64,000 nucleotides of DNA from Raillietiella orientalis (taxonomy: Eukaryota): positions 62,001-126,000 of the forward strand of contig JAYWIR010000062.1 of the NCBI GenBank assembly GCA_036172245.1, given 5' to 3'. The position numbers were made by a program, and so were the translations under genes. Positions 1-11,700 of the stretch are shown piece after piece. Numbering within the stretch: position 1 is the stretch's first letter; the number at the start of each line of letters is the position of its first letter. The notes beneath the pieces are model-generated. The model was not told where the DNA came from and did no database searches. It saw only the letters and a program-made list of their open reading frames with translations.

Positions 1-265
1 GACCAGAAAAAAAACGTGTTGTTAAAGAAAAAAAAAAAGGAAACAAAACTTTATCATAGAATTTTTCTTACTGTACGCACTTTAATAATAAAAGCCCCGG
101 CTCACCCGAGTGAAAAACCTGAGTCTGCTGGCAGACCCGACTGTCGTCATCAAACCGCACGCCCTTCCCGGCAGCGTTGATGCTTGCTTTCACGAAAACC
201 GTGACCCCGCAGGTGTTGCGTGCGCCGTATTGCCAATACAACCAACCCCCGTGTATTTACAGTTG

Positions 266-1508
266 ATGGTAGTGTATCAGAAAAAGTAATATCGCAGCAG
301 CACGTGAAGATGAACTAGCCGCGGCATTTAAGGAGTACAGTAATAGCTTGCCAGATATCGATGGGGATATTGAAATTGGACTCACTACAGGAACTCATGT
401 GGATCTACCCGAAGACAAACGGCTACCTATATATCAACCAACCAATACCTGCGTAACCGTCAAAAACTTGGCAGCAGTGGCCAACGGTTGGCTTTACAGT
501 TCCAAACAGTATAAAGACGCACATTTAACCCTTATGATCAACGGGATATACGCTCTGCTAACATATGACATGATCAGATTCCGATCTGTGAACGGTGTGC
601 TATTGCCCGATGGTGATTGGCGGCCGACACCTCAAAGATATGACTTAACCCCTGCCCATAGAGCGTCTAGCCAATCGGCTCTCCACCAACAATTGGCAAC
701 TAACTGTATGGTGTCAGTCATAGCTACCAAGGTTTCCTGGTGGTTAACTAATCACCACACTGGTGTGCGGAAGGACAATACTCGAGGAGCTGGATATCCG
801 CTCAAAGTTTGGCGCTCATTATTCGCACGTTCACCCTTGTCTGAACAGAAGGGTATGGCTGTAGCGCATACACTTGCACATTTCTGTAGCACGCTTCAAG
901 TGCTCGAGTTGGCTGGCTTTAATCACACGATAGAGTCGGTGCCTCTTACTGTACATGGACCCACCTTCAAACCAGTCATAATATCTCAAGATGCACTGCT
1001 AAGATTCTTATCCCCGCCTGCTGGAACCCACAGGCATGCAGTCGCCTATCAAGCATTCAAACGCTTAGTTGACTGGGCCCAGGCGGCTCATTGCCCTGAC
1101 ATCGAAAACATGTTGTTTCTGGGAGAGGCGTATATAGGCATTATGCTCAATGAAAAATTCTACCACATAGGTGCAAGATACTTGACCGGCCAAGCTCGCA
1201 CAAATTTCAATGATTCAGACGCCAATTCAACTTTAGGGCGACTTGGATCTTTTATGTTAAACGTGCACCCGAAATCGACCTTCTGTCTTTCACGCCATAT
1301 GACTCAGCAAGCCATCGAGTCAAAAGAAGACTTTTGACCCGAGTGGGAAGCCTTTTGCTCAAAAGTTCCGAAAGAACTTTCGCTTAGACCTATAGAAATG
1401 ATAATCCCAACTCTAGGAACTGATCGTGTGGCGGACATTAGATCGAAGCTATACGCGGCTATCCGGACTTTTGAGCATAGGCTTCCCCGGGCTGACAGCC
1501 CAGGCTGA
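266..1508 (+). pseudogene. Endogenous viral element: nucleoprotein-like gene, copy N1 (resembles qinvirus-type negative-strand RNA virus N)
   Basis: Intronless 329-aa ORF 348-1337, frame open from 273. Probable ATG at 266 with a frameshift in an A-run; in-frame TGA at 1335 (EDF*PEWEAFC), frame continues to 1508; AATAAA at ~1619. Motifs ATKVSWWLTNHHTG, HFCST, PPAGTHRHAVA, YHIGARYLTG and TLGRLGSF are shared with a second copy at 7580-8717. The family assignment is from recalled motif resemblance, not a search. Confidence 0.6.
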
Positions 1509-1689
1509 GACAGCACGAGGTGTTTCCCGCAGCTGAGCCTATGCATTAGAAGAACGACCAACTCTCCCCAGTTGTGTTGCCTTCCCATATTTGTGACTTC
1601 ATACATAATGACTAATTGAATAAAGTTTGCTTGAGTTTTTTTAAAAAAGAACAAAACAAAACAGGCCGCGATATGGAACACCTTTGTTG

Positions 1690-3140
1690 CCCCCCTCTTG
1701 CGCCCTCTGCTTTTTGTTTTCCCGCCCCCCTACTCGGCCAAGCTCCAGGCGCACAGCCTGTTGAGGAACGCTCTGTGTGACCTGCGAGGTCCAGGATCCG
1801 CCTGAAAGACTTGGCGGATCCGCGTCGGGATGCTAGCTTAGGCATCCCGACGCTGGACAGAATCGAGCTGCAGGTGCAGCTTCGGATGTTGGCCCTGTGC
1901 GCCGACCTATGGTCCACTCCGTGGTGCGCTCCCGCGCGCCTGCTCCTGCGGCGCTGCACCGGCAGCGATGGACTTCTGTCGCTGCGGCCGCATACGGAGC
2001 GCGCCACGAGAAGCTTCGGTTTCCCGATGAAACCGCTATACCGGCTCCTGGCAGCCCACGCATGGATCTCCTGCCGCCCAACGAACTTTGAATGCTGGCG
2101 GCAGGAACCGTTGCATGCCTGGGCAAAGCACCAGGATTTTTTGCCTTCTGGAACTCCGTTGCGCTCACCTCTCCCCGTACTGCACGGTGGATGAGGTGTG
2201 CAACAGCCAGAAGTGGACTCGCCTGGCCGTCACGCCCCTCGCCGACGCGCTGTGAGCCCTCAGGGCAAGAGATGACAGCTGCGAACCGGAGAGATGGGAG
2301 GTCGCCTGCACCATCGCAGGAACAACACGACCCATTGGCGGCTGGTGGACTTGCGAGCTGGCGGACGCCTCCACGCCTCGCCAAGATCCGAAGGGACTCC
2401 TTCGGTGGAGTGAACACTTAAGTGTGGCCCCCGATGAACTTGTGGTCCCTCCCTCCTGTTTGAACACTTCTGTGTTTTCCCTTTTGTGGAAGCAGGACGT
2501 CATCATGCTGATGCATTGTGGTTTTCACTCCAACCAGCGGACTAACCGTGTTTCCGGGTGAGTTTTCTTCCCAAACTGCAAGCGGTGCGGAAAAGTCGAA
2601 ACGCTTCGCACCTGCTCCTAGACTGCAGTGCCCTCCTAGGACTTTGGCGGAGGCTGGCCTCCGCTCTTCTGCACCAGGGGGACACCGCGAGAGACTTGAT
2701 GCGCCGCTTCTTCACGCCAGGCGGCCTGTCTTTGGGTGCTGTCGTTGCAACCGTGTGTTGCACCCGCGCCATCGACAAGGCCCACCGAGAGTTGGAGAAG
2801 CTGGCCATCCTTCGTCAGCCCACCTGATTAGCCAGCGCGAGCATGCCGTAGGCTGCCGAGTGGGCCCATCTACCAGAGAGCGTGAGAGAGATCGCCGGCA
2901 TCAATCGCCGGTTCTGAAAGGAAGGAACGGCCGTACCAAAGAACCCTGTCCCCTGCCCTCCATATCTTTATCTTTATTTTTTATACTAGTGTATTTGTGG
3001 TCCCCTCTCTCCCGTTCCGGACTTTCGGTATACCGACCTGCATGTCGGGGTTCCCACCCCTTTCGTCTCTTGTGGATCCTTTGTCCGGGAACTCTGTTCC
3101 CGGATAGTTTTTCAATAAACGCCCCGGCGCACCCGGGTGA
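1690..3140 (+). mobile_element. Degraded 3' part of an L1/Tx1-like LINE ORF2 plus 3' UTR
   Basis: RIRLKDLADPRRDASLGIPTL resembles the post-RT P..GGLG.P motif. The C-terminus (AAEWAHLPESVREIAGI) is homologous to the fragment at ~13900 (AVRRTHLPQEDESVVAGI). A pyrimidine-rich UTR ends in the AATAAA+hairpin motif at 3114-3140. Confidence 0.6.
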
Positions 3141-3174
3141 TAATCAGCCGCCCCCCTTCCATTGTTCGGACGTG

Positions 3175-4829
3175 CATTCTTGCGCTCCGTCTTCGGAATT
3201 TTTTACTGTTGTGTTTTTTGGGTGTGGTGTGAATTTTCGAAAGAAGATGAAGCCAACACCTGCTTCCATGGAGGTGGAGGAATCCCCCTGCGTTGCAGGA
3301 CCTTCTTCGGGAGGAGTGGAAGCCTCCACCGATCGTCTCTCGCCTCCAGCGAGTTTTGCCGTCGTTGCTAAGGCAGCAGCGTCCAACGGAGCCTCATCCG
3401 ATGAGGCGGAGCTACGGGCCTACGCCGCTCATGGCTACAAGCCCCCTCTGGCCTACAAGGTCAGTGCTGCCTACAGGGATGGGACGGGAGACCAGCTCTG
3501 GAGCGAGCTGGAACGCGTCAAGGTGCGCGAGGACGATCTCCTGGTATTAATGCCGGTGAGCACGCTTCGGCATTGGGAGGTCCGCTGCAAACATGCAGCC
3601 CTCGTCCAGCGCCCGCTCCACACGCCCCTCAAAATCAGGGGTAAGGAGGTCGTCCCCGCGGCCCTGGACAATTCGTTCGTGGTCCAACTCTGCAATTCGG
3701 CCGGGAATCGCCGACCGCAAACTCATCATTGCACTGGAGGCCACAGTGCATGCAATGTGGAGGCTCGCGAATCCAGTGAAGATTGCGCACCTCTCTTTCA
3801 GACTCGCCACGGCGCGCGTCACCACGGACGACCGGAGGCTACTGCCTTCGCAGATCCTCCTCGGTGGCGTCGTCGTCTATCTCCGGTTTGCCGGATAAAC
3901 CCCGGCTTGCGGCAACTGCGGCAAGGAGGGCCACCATCCGCGGAAGTGCCCCACCCGCAGTTGCCGCTACTGCAAGATGCACGGCCACTCAATTAATGAG
4001 TGAGCCGAGCTGAAACGAAATAGGTGGCTGAGAAATGTCCCAGTGACATCGCCGTTCGCGCCGATTCAATCCGCCCCATCGTCGGGTAAGAAATCCGGCG
4101 CGAACGAGACTCCGTAGCGGAGTGCGCCAAAGTCCGATTGTGCGGGTGTATCTGAGCGCAAAGCTCCCCAAAAGTCCGCGCAAAAGGGTCAAAAGCCTCT
4201 GGAAGCTGCAAAAAGCAAGCCCCGAGACCCAGCCCGCCGAAAACAAAAGGCAAAACCACCGTCTCTGTCCGTTCGCGCTCCGAACGAAATGGTGGCACGT
4301 GCGGGAGAACCAACGGAGCGTCGAAAGAGGGGTCGCTCGCCCTTCCGCCCGCGAAAGGCATGCCGATCCGCGGGAAAGGCTGCAAAGCCTCGCGCGCGAC
4401 ACCGAAGAATCGCGCCGCTCTGCCTGCACCTTCCGCTGAGGAGGTGCAGCAGGCAGATGCGGCAAGGGAATAACTGGCCGCCATCACCCATCGGGAGGCC
4501 TTGCAACGGATGCAGAGGATCCTGCAGGCCCTCGTGTCAGCCGAAGCAACCCTGAAGGCAGTGACGTTGACTAGACTCTTGTGGGGAAGATGAAATAGAG
4601 GAAGCCAAGGGATCCTTCCCACTTCCCCATGATAAAGGTAGATTGGGCGAAGAGGAAGCCCGCCCGCCAAAAAGGGCACGAAAAAGCCTCCGCTGCGGTT
4701 GCGCGCGCTGTCGCTGCCGCCCTTAGCGAAAGAAAAGCTGTCGAAGCCGCGCCCTCGCGAGGGGGATCCGCGCCGCCCTGGATTTACGGAGTCATCACAG
4801 AGGACCACAACCAAGACTTATAAAAAAAG
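3175..4829 (+). mobile_element. LINE ORF1 (gag-like, CCHC zinc knuckles), frameshifted
   Basis: MEVEESP...ELRAYAAHGYKP...LWSELERVKVREDDLLVL, then zinc-knuckle remnants near 3905-3990 (CGNCGKEGH...C...CRYCKMHGH) and a low-complexity basic tail; ends in a short A-run at ~4822-4828. Confidence 0.7.
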
Positions 4830-4859
4830 TTAAACACAAATTATCAATATATTTACTTC

Positions 4860-5538
4860 TCTAGATCCTCAACCTCCTCAACTCCGGAGTCCAAGAGAAA
4901 TATATCATGGAGCACCATACACGCTTCTACAGTCGAAACGTTAACTTCGTCAAGGAGTGCTACAGTCTTCCACAATGAAACGTCAGCGAATCCGATGGCA
5001 ACACCTCGTCTTCGCGAATGGCAGCTAAACATCCTTGACTTGTTGCGAAAATCTCCCCATCCAAAAAATATGTACTGGGTCAAAAACAACAGAGGCAATG
5101 CCGGCAAAACGACGCTATTTCTAAGAAAAAAAGCTATATACATGCAGTCTTGCAAGAAGGCTGATACGGCACATCTGTATAACGGAGTCCATCATCGTCG
5201 TTCACTTTACAAGGGATAACAAAGAGCTTGTTTGATATGGGTTTATTGAAAGCCTTGAGCATGGTATTCTGTTTGATCCAAAATCAAATACTGGCACAAT
5301 AGGCACAATCAAATACTACGACACCCCTCACGTCTTTGTCATGGCTAATTGGGAACCTGACTTCAGCAAACTATCACAAGGCAGATGGGTTATCATTGAC
5401 TTGGATATTCCTAAAAACAGACGGAAAACTTCCTGGACAATGGATGACTCCGGTTCGATTCTCCCATGGACAAAGCCTCGTTCAGTAGACTTGGTCCCTG
5501 CTCCAATCGACGAATCCGCTTTGTCTAGATCTTCGTGA
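4860..5538 (+). pseudogene. rep: Endogenous CRESS-DNA virus Rep, copy R1 (SF3 helicase half, frameshifted)
   Basis: LREWQ...MYWVKNNRGNAGKTT (Walker A), IIVVHFTRD (degenerate Walker B), GFIESLEHG, PHVFVMANWEPDFSKLSQGRW (motif C and Arg finger); several frameshifts and stops. Confidence 0.85.
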
Positions 5539-5965
5539 ATGGCAACTTCATGTCCTTGAGTTGCTCAGAAAACCTGCCCATCCCAGAAACATCTACTGGG
5601 TCCGACGGCAAGGCAAAACTACCACAGCAAAACATCTTTTTATGCGAGGAGACACCCTATACAGAAGTTGCAGAAAACAAGACGCATCTCACCTCTACAC
5701 AGGTCGAAAAATTATCATAGTAGACTTCACAAGAGATACTAAAGAACAAGTGCCATATTGATTCATCGAGGCTTTGAAAAACGGACTCATCATGGACCCC
5801 AAATACCAAAGGAAGATAAAATGCTTCAAGACACCCCATATAATTGTATTCGCTAACTGGGAACCAGATATGACCAAACTTAGCGAAGATAGATGGATCG
5901 TAAAACGCATTGAAGCACCCCAAAGAGAACTAACTCAACTATTAATAAACAAAGACTTATTGTAA
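5525..5965 (+). pseudogene. rep: Endogenous CRESS-DNA virus Rep, copy R2 (helicase half)
   Basis: One frame: LREWQLHVLELLRKPAHPRNIYWVRRQGKTT...IIIVDFTRD...PY*FIEALKNG...PKY...PHIIVFANWEPDMTKLSEDRW, with one internal TGA; AATAAA at ~5981. Motif style is that of nanovirus/alphasatellite-like Reps. Confidence 0.9.
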
Positions 5966-6315
5966 GCCAACAACACCAACAATAAAAGTTTATTTTACCA
6001 ACTTTTACATCTAGCATTTTTAAACTGGAAGTACACTTTCCTATGAACACGTACAACAGGATAATTCGCCTTCAACACAGCAGCATTCAACCACACAGCG
6101 GGCACAACAAATCCCGATATATGCTTCATCAAATGTGCTTTCAAACCAAACACCACCACTTTCATATCCGAAGCAGAATTCGTATCTAGCCAAGGACACC
6201 TTCGCCGACGAACATAATTCCCACCTGAACTCGGTAAACTCGAAGCAATTAAAGGGAGACAAAACATAGAACCGCCACCCGGTCCAATCCACCTCTTAAA
6301 CGCTCCACTGTTCCT

Positions 6316-7215
6316 TTGCAATACTTGCCAGGGAACCGGAGAGAAAGCGAAACTCCACACATTCAGGGATACACACAAATGCATGAGCCAAGAACCCTGG
6401 CTCAGCTTAGAAGACCACCATGCAGCAGATGCCATCCTGAACATGCAAAGGGATCAGCAAGTTCAAACCTGCAGTACTGCTCCAAGCTGGATACACATCT
6501 ATGGACTTACGGAGCACTTGACAACCCAGCGGAAGAAAATTACGAAAAAAAGGTATTGCGAATACATCCACATATACAATCTCTTTTAGATACTCCAACT
6601 CATGCGATCAGGCCATACAGAGAAATATATACTCGAAAACCACACCAAATTTTATTCAAAAAACGTCAACTTCATCGAGGAGTGCTTCAGAGTCTACCGC
6701 AACGGAACAGCACCGATGGCTTCACTCCGTCTACGACAACGGCAGATGGATATCCTTGACGTGCTTAGAAAAAGTTCACATCCAAGAAATATCCAATGGC
6801 TCAAAGACACCAAGGGAAACGCAGGGAAAACCACCTTCGCAAAGTTTCTCTTTCTTCGAAGAAGAAATATATGTAGAGTTGCAAAAAGGCAGGTGCTGCA
6901 CATCTACACAACGGAGAAGCTATCATCGTCGTCGATTTCATTCGAGATGCAAAAGAACTTGTGCAATACGGGTTCATCGAGTCTTAGAAAAACGGTATCC
7001 TCTTGACCCAAAACATCGAGGATCCAAAAAATATTGACATCCCACACGTCATACTACTCGCCAATTTCAAGTTTTCTTTTTTTTGGGAGGGGGGAGTTTG
7101 CTAAGTACCTCAGAGCCGCCAACTGGGAACCCGACTTCTCCAAACTCTCCTACGAGAGATGGGTCATCATCGACCCTGACACCCACAGCAACAGGAAAAG
7201 AACATCGTGGACCGG
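6316..7215 (+). pseudogene. rep: Endogenous CRESS-DNA virus Rep, copy R3 (near full length: HUH endonuclease + SF3 helicase)
   Basis: RCR motif II ETPHIQGY, motif III NLQYCSK, Walker A GNAGKTT, Walker B IIVVDFIRD, YGFIES*KNG and ANWEPDFSKLSYERW across frameshifts; the last frame stays open to 7432. Confidence 0.9.
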
Positions 7216-7579
7216 ATGGATGATCGAGGGTTCATACAATCCTTCAAAATACAACAAAGATGGCATACTTTCAAGCGGTTATGCACTTACAGAACCTTCA
7301 ACAATTAATGAAAGCATGCTACGCAACGGAAATTACTCGAGACTTCAACCAACGAACTGTGATATATCTCTGAACACAAATGAGCAGGAAGGCAAAAATC
7401 CCAGGCAAGAATCGCAAACAAATTCAGCTTAATGGTACATATTACCTGCCACATCCTTTGGATTTTAAGAACTTAGAGGGTTCACATTATTCCACCTAAT
7501 AGTCCAGTTGTGGGCATAGGGGGACCAACTATTTTGACAGCAATACTAATCATGTTCTTCATTTGTGTAGGGATTAAAA

Positions 7580-8717
7580 GTGTCAGTTGCCTGATCTTAC
7601 ATTTGATACAAATGCAGAGCAATTAGATCCTGACAATGATACCAACTACGATCGTTTCTCAGCTGGGTTACCTGATTTACATGGACATAGAAATTGGCCT
7701 GACGACGGGTACAGACATCGCTCTTCCTGAAGATAAGAAGCGCCCGGTGTACTTGCCCACAGACAGTAGTGTTACAATCAAGAACGTTGCCGCCTCAGCA
7801 GTGGGTTGGCTGTATCAAACCAAGCAGTGGAAAGATACTGCTTTGACTATTATGATTAATGGCATATATGCCTTGTTCACTTATGACATGATACGCTACA
7901 AGAAAGTAAACCAGAACCTCATCCCTAATGGAGACTGGAGACCAACTGGCAAAAGACATGAAATGACCAACAACCAGCGAACCACAGGTCTTTCATTGGT
8001 CAACAAACAGCTGTGGATTGCATGGTGTTAGTTATTGCCACAAAAGTATCCTGGTGGCTCACTAATCACCATGTAGGGGTAAAGAAAGACCAATCGAAAG
8101 GAGCTGGTTTTCCCCTAGAAGTGTGGCTCACCCTCTTCAATAAAATGGCAATTCCAGAAGAGCGTGGAATGGAGATGGAACACTTCTGTAGCACCCTCAG
8201 AATCCTCGAATTAGCTGGGATGAATGGGATTATGGAGTCAGTGGAAATGGGCACAGTGGAAGCTCCTCCTAAACCAGTCACCATATCGCAAGATGCCCTT
8301 ATGCGCTTTCAACACCGCCAGCCGGGACGCATCGGCATGCTGTAGCATTCCAGGCGTTCAAGAGGCTGTTAAACTGGGGTCAAGCGGCCAATTGTCAGTC
8401 CACAGCCAACATGGCTTTCCTTGGTCTATGCGAACATTATGCTTGGCTCAGTGCATTATCACATAGGGACACGATACATCACAGGACAAAATCGAGCAAA
8501 CTTCAACGACGCCACACTGGGGCGCTTGGGATCTTTTATGACTACCATCACCGCCATCCCCGTAGTGACTGAACAAACAACTAGTGAACTCATTGCCCAA
8601 CTCAGCACAAACTTAGGCGGTTCGGCCCGTAGATATGACATCTTGAGGCCGCAACCTGTAAACGCTCCTGAGAATAGACCGGCAGAAATTGTGCCAGCAG
8701 CTGAACCAGATATGTGA
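7580..8717 (+). pseudogene. Endogenous viral element: nucleoprotein-like gene, copy N2 (frameshifted, internal deletion)
   Basis: Colinear with N1: (LPDLHG)DIEIGLTTG...MINGIYALFTYDMIR...ATKVSWWLTNHHVG...HFCST...ISQDALMRF/PPAGTHRHAVAFQAFKRL...YHIGTRYITGQ...TLGRLGSF; at least four frameshifts. Confidence 0.6.
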
Positions 8718-11700
8718 TAGATGAAGCTACCAGTATCTCGTTACCAATTATGTGATAATTAGTGATATCATTCAGATCTCGATTGAAGAAATACAAATTT
8801 GTTTATTTCTCTGTACAAGCTTGTAGTGTTTTAAGAAAAACAACCATAGCATTCTGGACATGCTTGATGTCTCAAAGTACCGGATAATGCATATGACAGG
8901 AATTCAGCGACTGAAAAACCCTTTTCTCAAAATTGGAATAAGAAAAAGAAATCAAAGGCAAACCAAAAGGCAAAATAATAATAAGACTGCCATGCATGAC
9001 GGATAAGTAAAATCGAATTCTTCAGAAGTTTTGTATATCAAACAATTCGGACCCATGAGTCAGTACATTTCGACATTCAGAATGTTTATTGTTCTAATTT
9101 CGAGCGCCAATCTGCATGCATATTCACATAAACATGACCATGAGAATTCATGGAATATCACGTAAAGCAGAGCATTCAACACTAATATACAAATCAGTCT
9201 ACCTTCACAGTCACTTCCAAATTAAAAACACTCCCATGTGTGCCAAAAACATCATGACTGTATGTCTTCATCTTTTCAAAATTGTATTTCACTGAGATTA
9301 TCAACCACAAGGCACAAACGGGCAATTTCATGAGAGAAACTACTCTAACTTTTTAAAAATTAACATATGCGATATTTTAAGACACCAAAATAACCTTACG
9401 TTTTTTGCTGACTACCAGCTTCACACTGCTTAAATTGCACAAAAATTCTGAACATAAATAACATTAAGGAATCCAAAAATAGGTATTACATTTTGCAAAA
9501 ATCAACATCAAAACTGGGATGACACCCTCTTCCTCCTCCACTTGAATAAGCCTCGATTAAATCTCAACTAGTTCATTGGTTAGCCAGAGAATTCTCTATT
9601 CTACCCTCCTCTGAAACTATATTATTCTGTACCGTATTCACCCAGAAAAATGCTCATTCCTTCTAGCATACGTCAACTAGGCATGAAAACCATCTTACAA
9701 CCAATAAATCAAAACCTTGACAAACGGCCAGAGCTGCACTTTCACAATTGCACCTCCAGTACTATTCACATTTCAACTCATGAGCAAGCATACGTTAACT
9801 CACTGCCGATTCTTTTTGACAACTTATATATCATACGACATTCATGTTCTAAAACAAAAGTGATTCCGCTCTGTTTAGATTGAATATTGGCAAATTGGCA
9901 GATGTGTCAAACAGTAGCAAGTTACAAGCTCTCTTGCAATATTACACAACACAGGATTTCAATAACTCACAACAGTTCAACTCAGTAATACATGCAAAAT
10001 TACTTACATTCCACTATTTGATTTGCAGACACTTCAGTCTTGAACTACAATTCTAACTGTAACAATCTAAACTCAATTTGGATCTTATAGCATGATGGAT
10101 TATTTGACTAGTTGGTCTTTTTTTCCCTAAGCATCATTCTGGCTGAATACATACAAATTTCAGTACTTTCAATACAAAGCTTCCCTATCTGCTATTTCTC
10201 AAAATATTCATACTTTCAGATTTTTCTGATTACATGCTTCATTCGTATTTTTGTTTTGCCGTTAAATTGATAATCTTTTTAAGCTAATTCCCAATAATAC
10301 AATAATGAACAAAAGTCTAATAACACAAAAGAATTTGCCTTTGCAAGTCTCCATACATCCAGGTCAGCAAACAAAACTACTGAGACACACACAGATCAAG
10401 AATGCTTTGCATAATCCATTTCAATCAAAGTTTTTTGCAGTATGCACGTAAAGTAGTCAATTCCCACAACTCCTAGAGTAGAAGCAAAAAGAAGCATCAT
10501 TATCACTTTCTTTCACTTCAACTGCAAAACTTGACTACAGAATACAAAACCGTATTAACTTTTTTAGCTTTGTTGGACCTTCAATTCAATAACATCAATT
10601 ACTTTACTCAACTATCAATATCATGGAGAAATTCAGTAAATCCAAACAATACGTGGAGATCTTTGAGACTGCGTGTTTACTATATTAGAAACTTGTATAA
10701 ACTGCTGCATGCCCAGTAAGTGGCCAGTAACTCACTAAATGCACCTAATTGCTTTCAGAAAAGCACTGCTATCTTAACATCACCTAGCTTTCAACAAATT
10801 GAGAACTGTAACTACTACAACTTTGTAGCAACCACTGTTGCAATTCAAAATACATCTGAAAAATCAAATGAAATTAAAAACCACCTGTTTCTAATCAAGG
10901 GAGCTTGTAACTATCAGAAATCGTTTTTAATTCCAAAGATCCACATTGAACGAGGTTCAAACCAAATTCACGATGGAAAAATTCCCAGCCAGAAGGACAG
11001 TTGACCCTAAAATGAAGACTAGCATTCTTTGAACATTTTGACAAATTGAAAACATTCAGCCGTGTGTGCATTATTCCGGTTAGTTTCCCCCAAGATCAAA
11101 CATAAGGTAGAACTAGCGAAAGAGGGAAATGCCGAAATGATTCACTGATATTAACGGAAACTATATACACCTCTGTTGCAAAACCAACATAAGAACTGGA
11201 GGAGAAAAAAAAAAAAGCTTGCAACACAAAAGATAGAAAAAAGCATTATGAAAAAATACTACATAAATCAACTATCTCATAAAACGACTTTTAAGAGGTT
11301 ACTTCCGGTTTCTTTTTGCAGCTGGAATCAATACATTATAGTGGTCTGCTCCCTAGGAAAAGCACACTGCATATCAGCCTATTCTAAACACATTATATGC
11401 AAGTTCCAAATACGAAGCTCTCCTATTGCAACGACGAGGGCTTCCTATTTGGAACTTGCAACTGCATCCTGATTTCGACAATTTCATCCTGATGTGAAAT
11501 CTGTTTTTTCCACGGGCGTCTGAACACGTAACCAAGCAGAAACATGAGCAACTCAGCTCACTGACCAGGCTATTGGAACCTCCTCACTCCTAACAGATAC
11601 ACGAAGCCACATCGCACTAAATTTTCCAAATAAAGTGCTTCCTCAATGCATTGAAGAACTGAAGAAAACTTAACAATCTTCTTCACATCCACTGGCAGTT

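Noticed and set aside
2518..3996. 492-aa ORF as a real gene
   Set aside because: It runs across the end of one LINE, its UTR and the ORF1 of the next; only the part after ~3247 is partly in a genuine frame.
7433..7451. tggta-catattacc-tgcca as a CRESS origin stem-loop between Rep and N
   Set aside because: It contains TATTAC, but the nonamer does not fit NANTATTAC and the stem is only 5 bp with a wobble; not distinguishable from chance.
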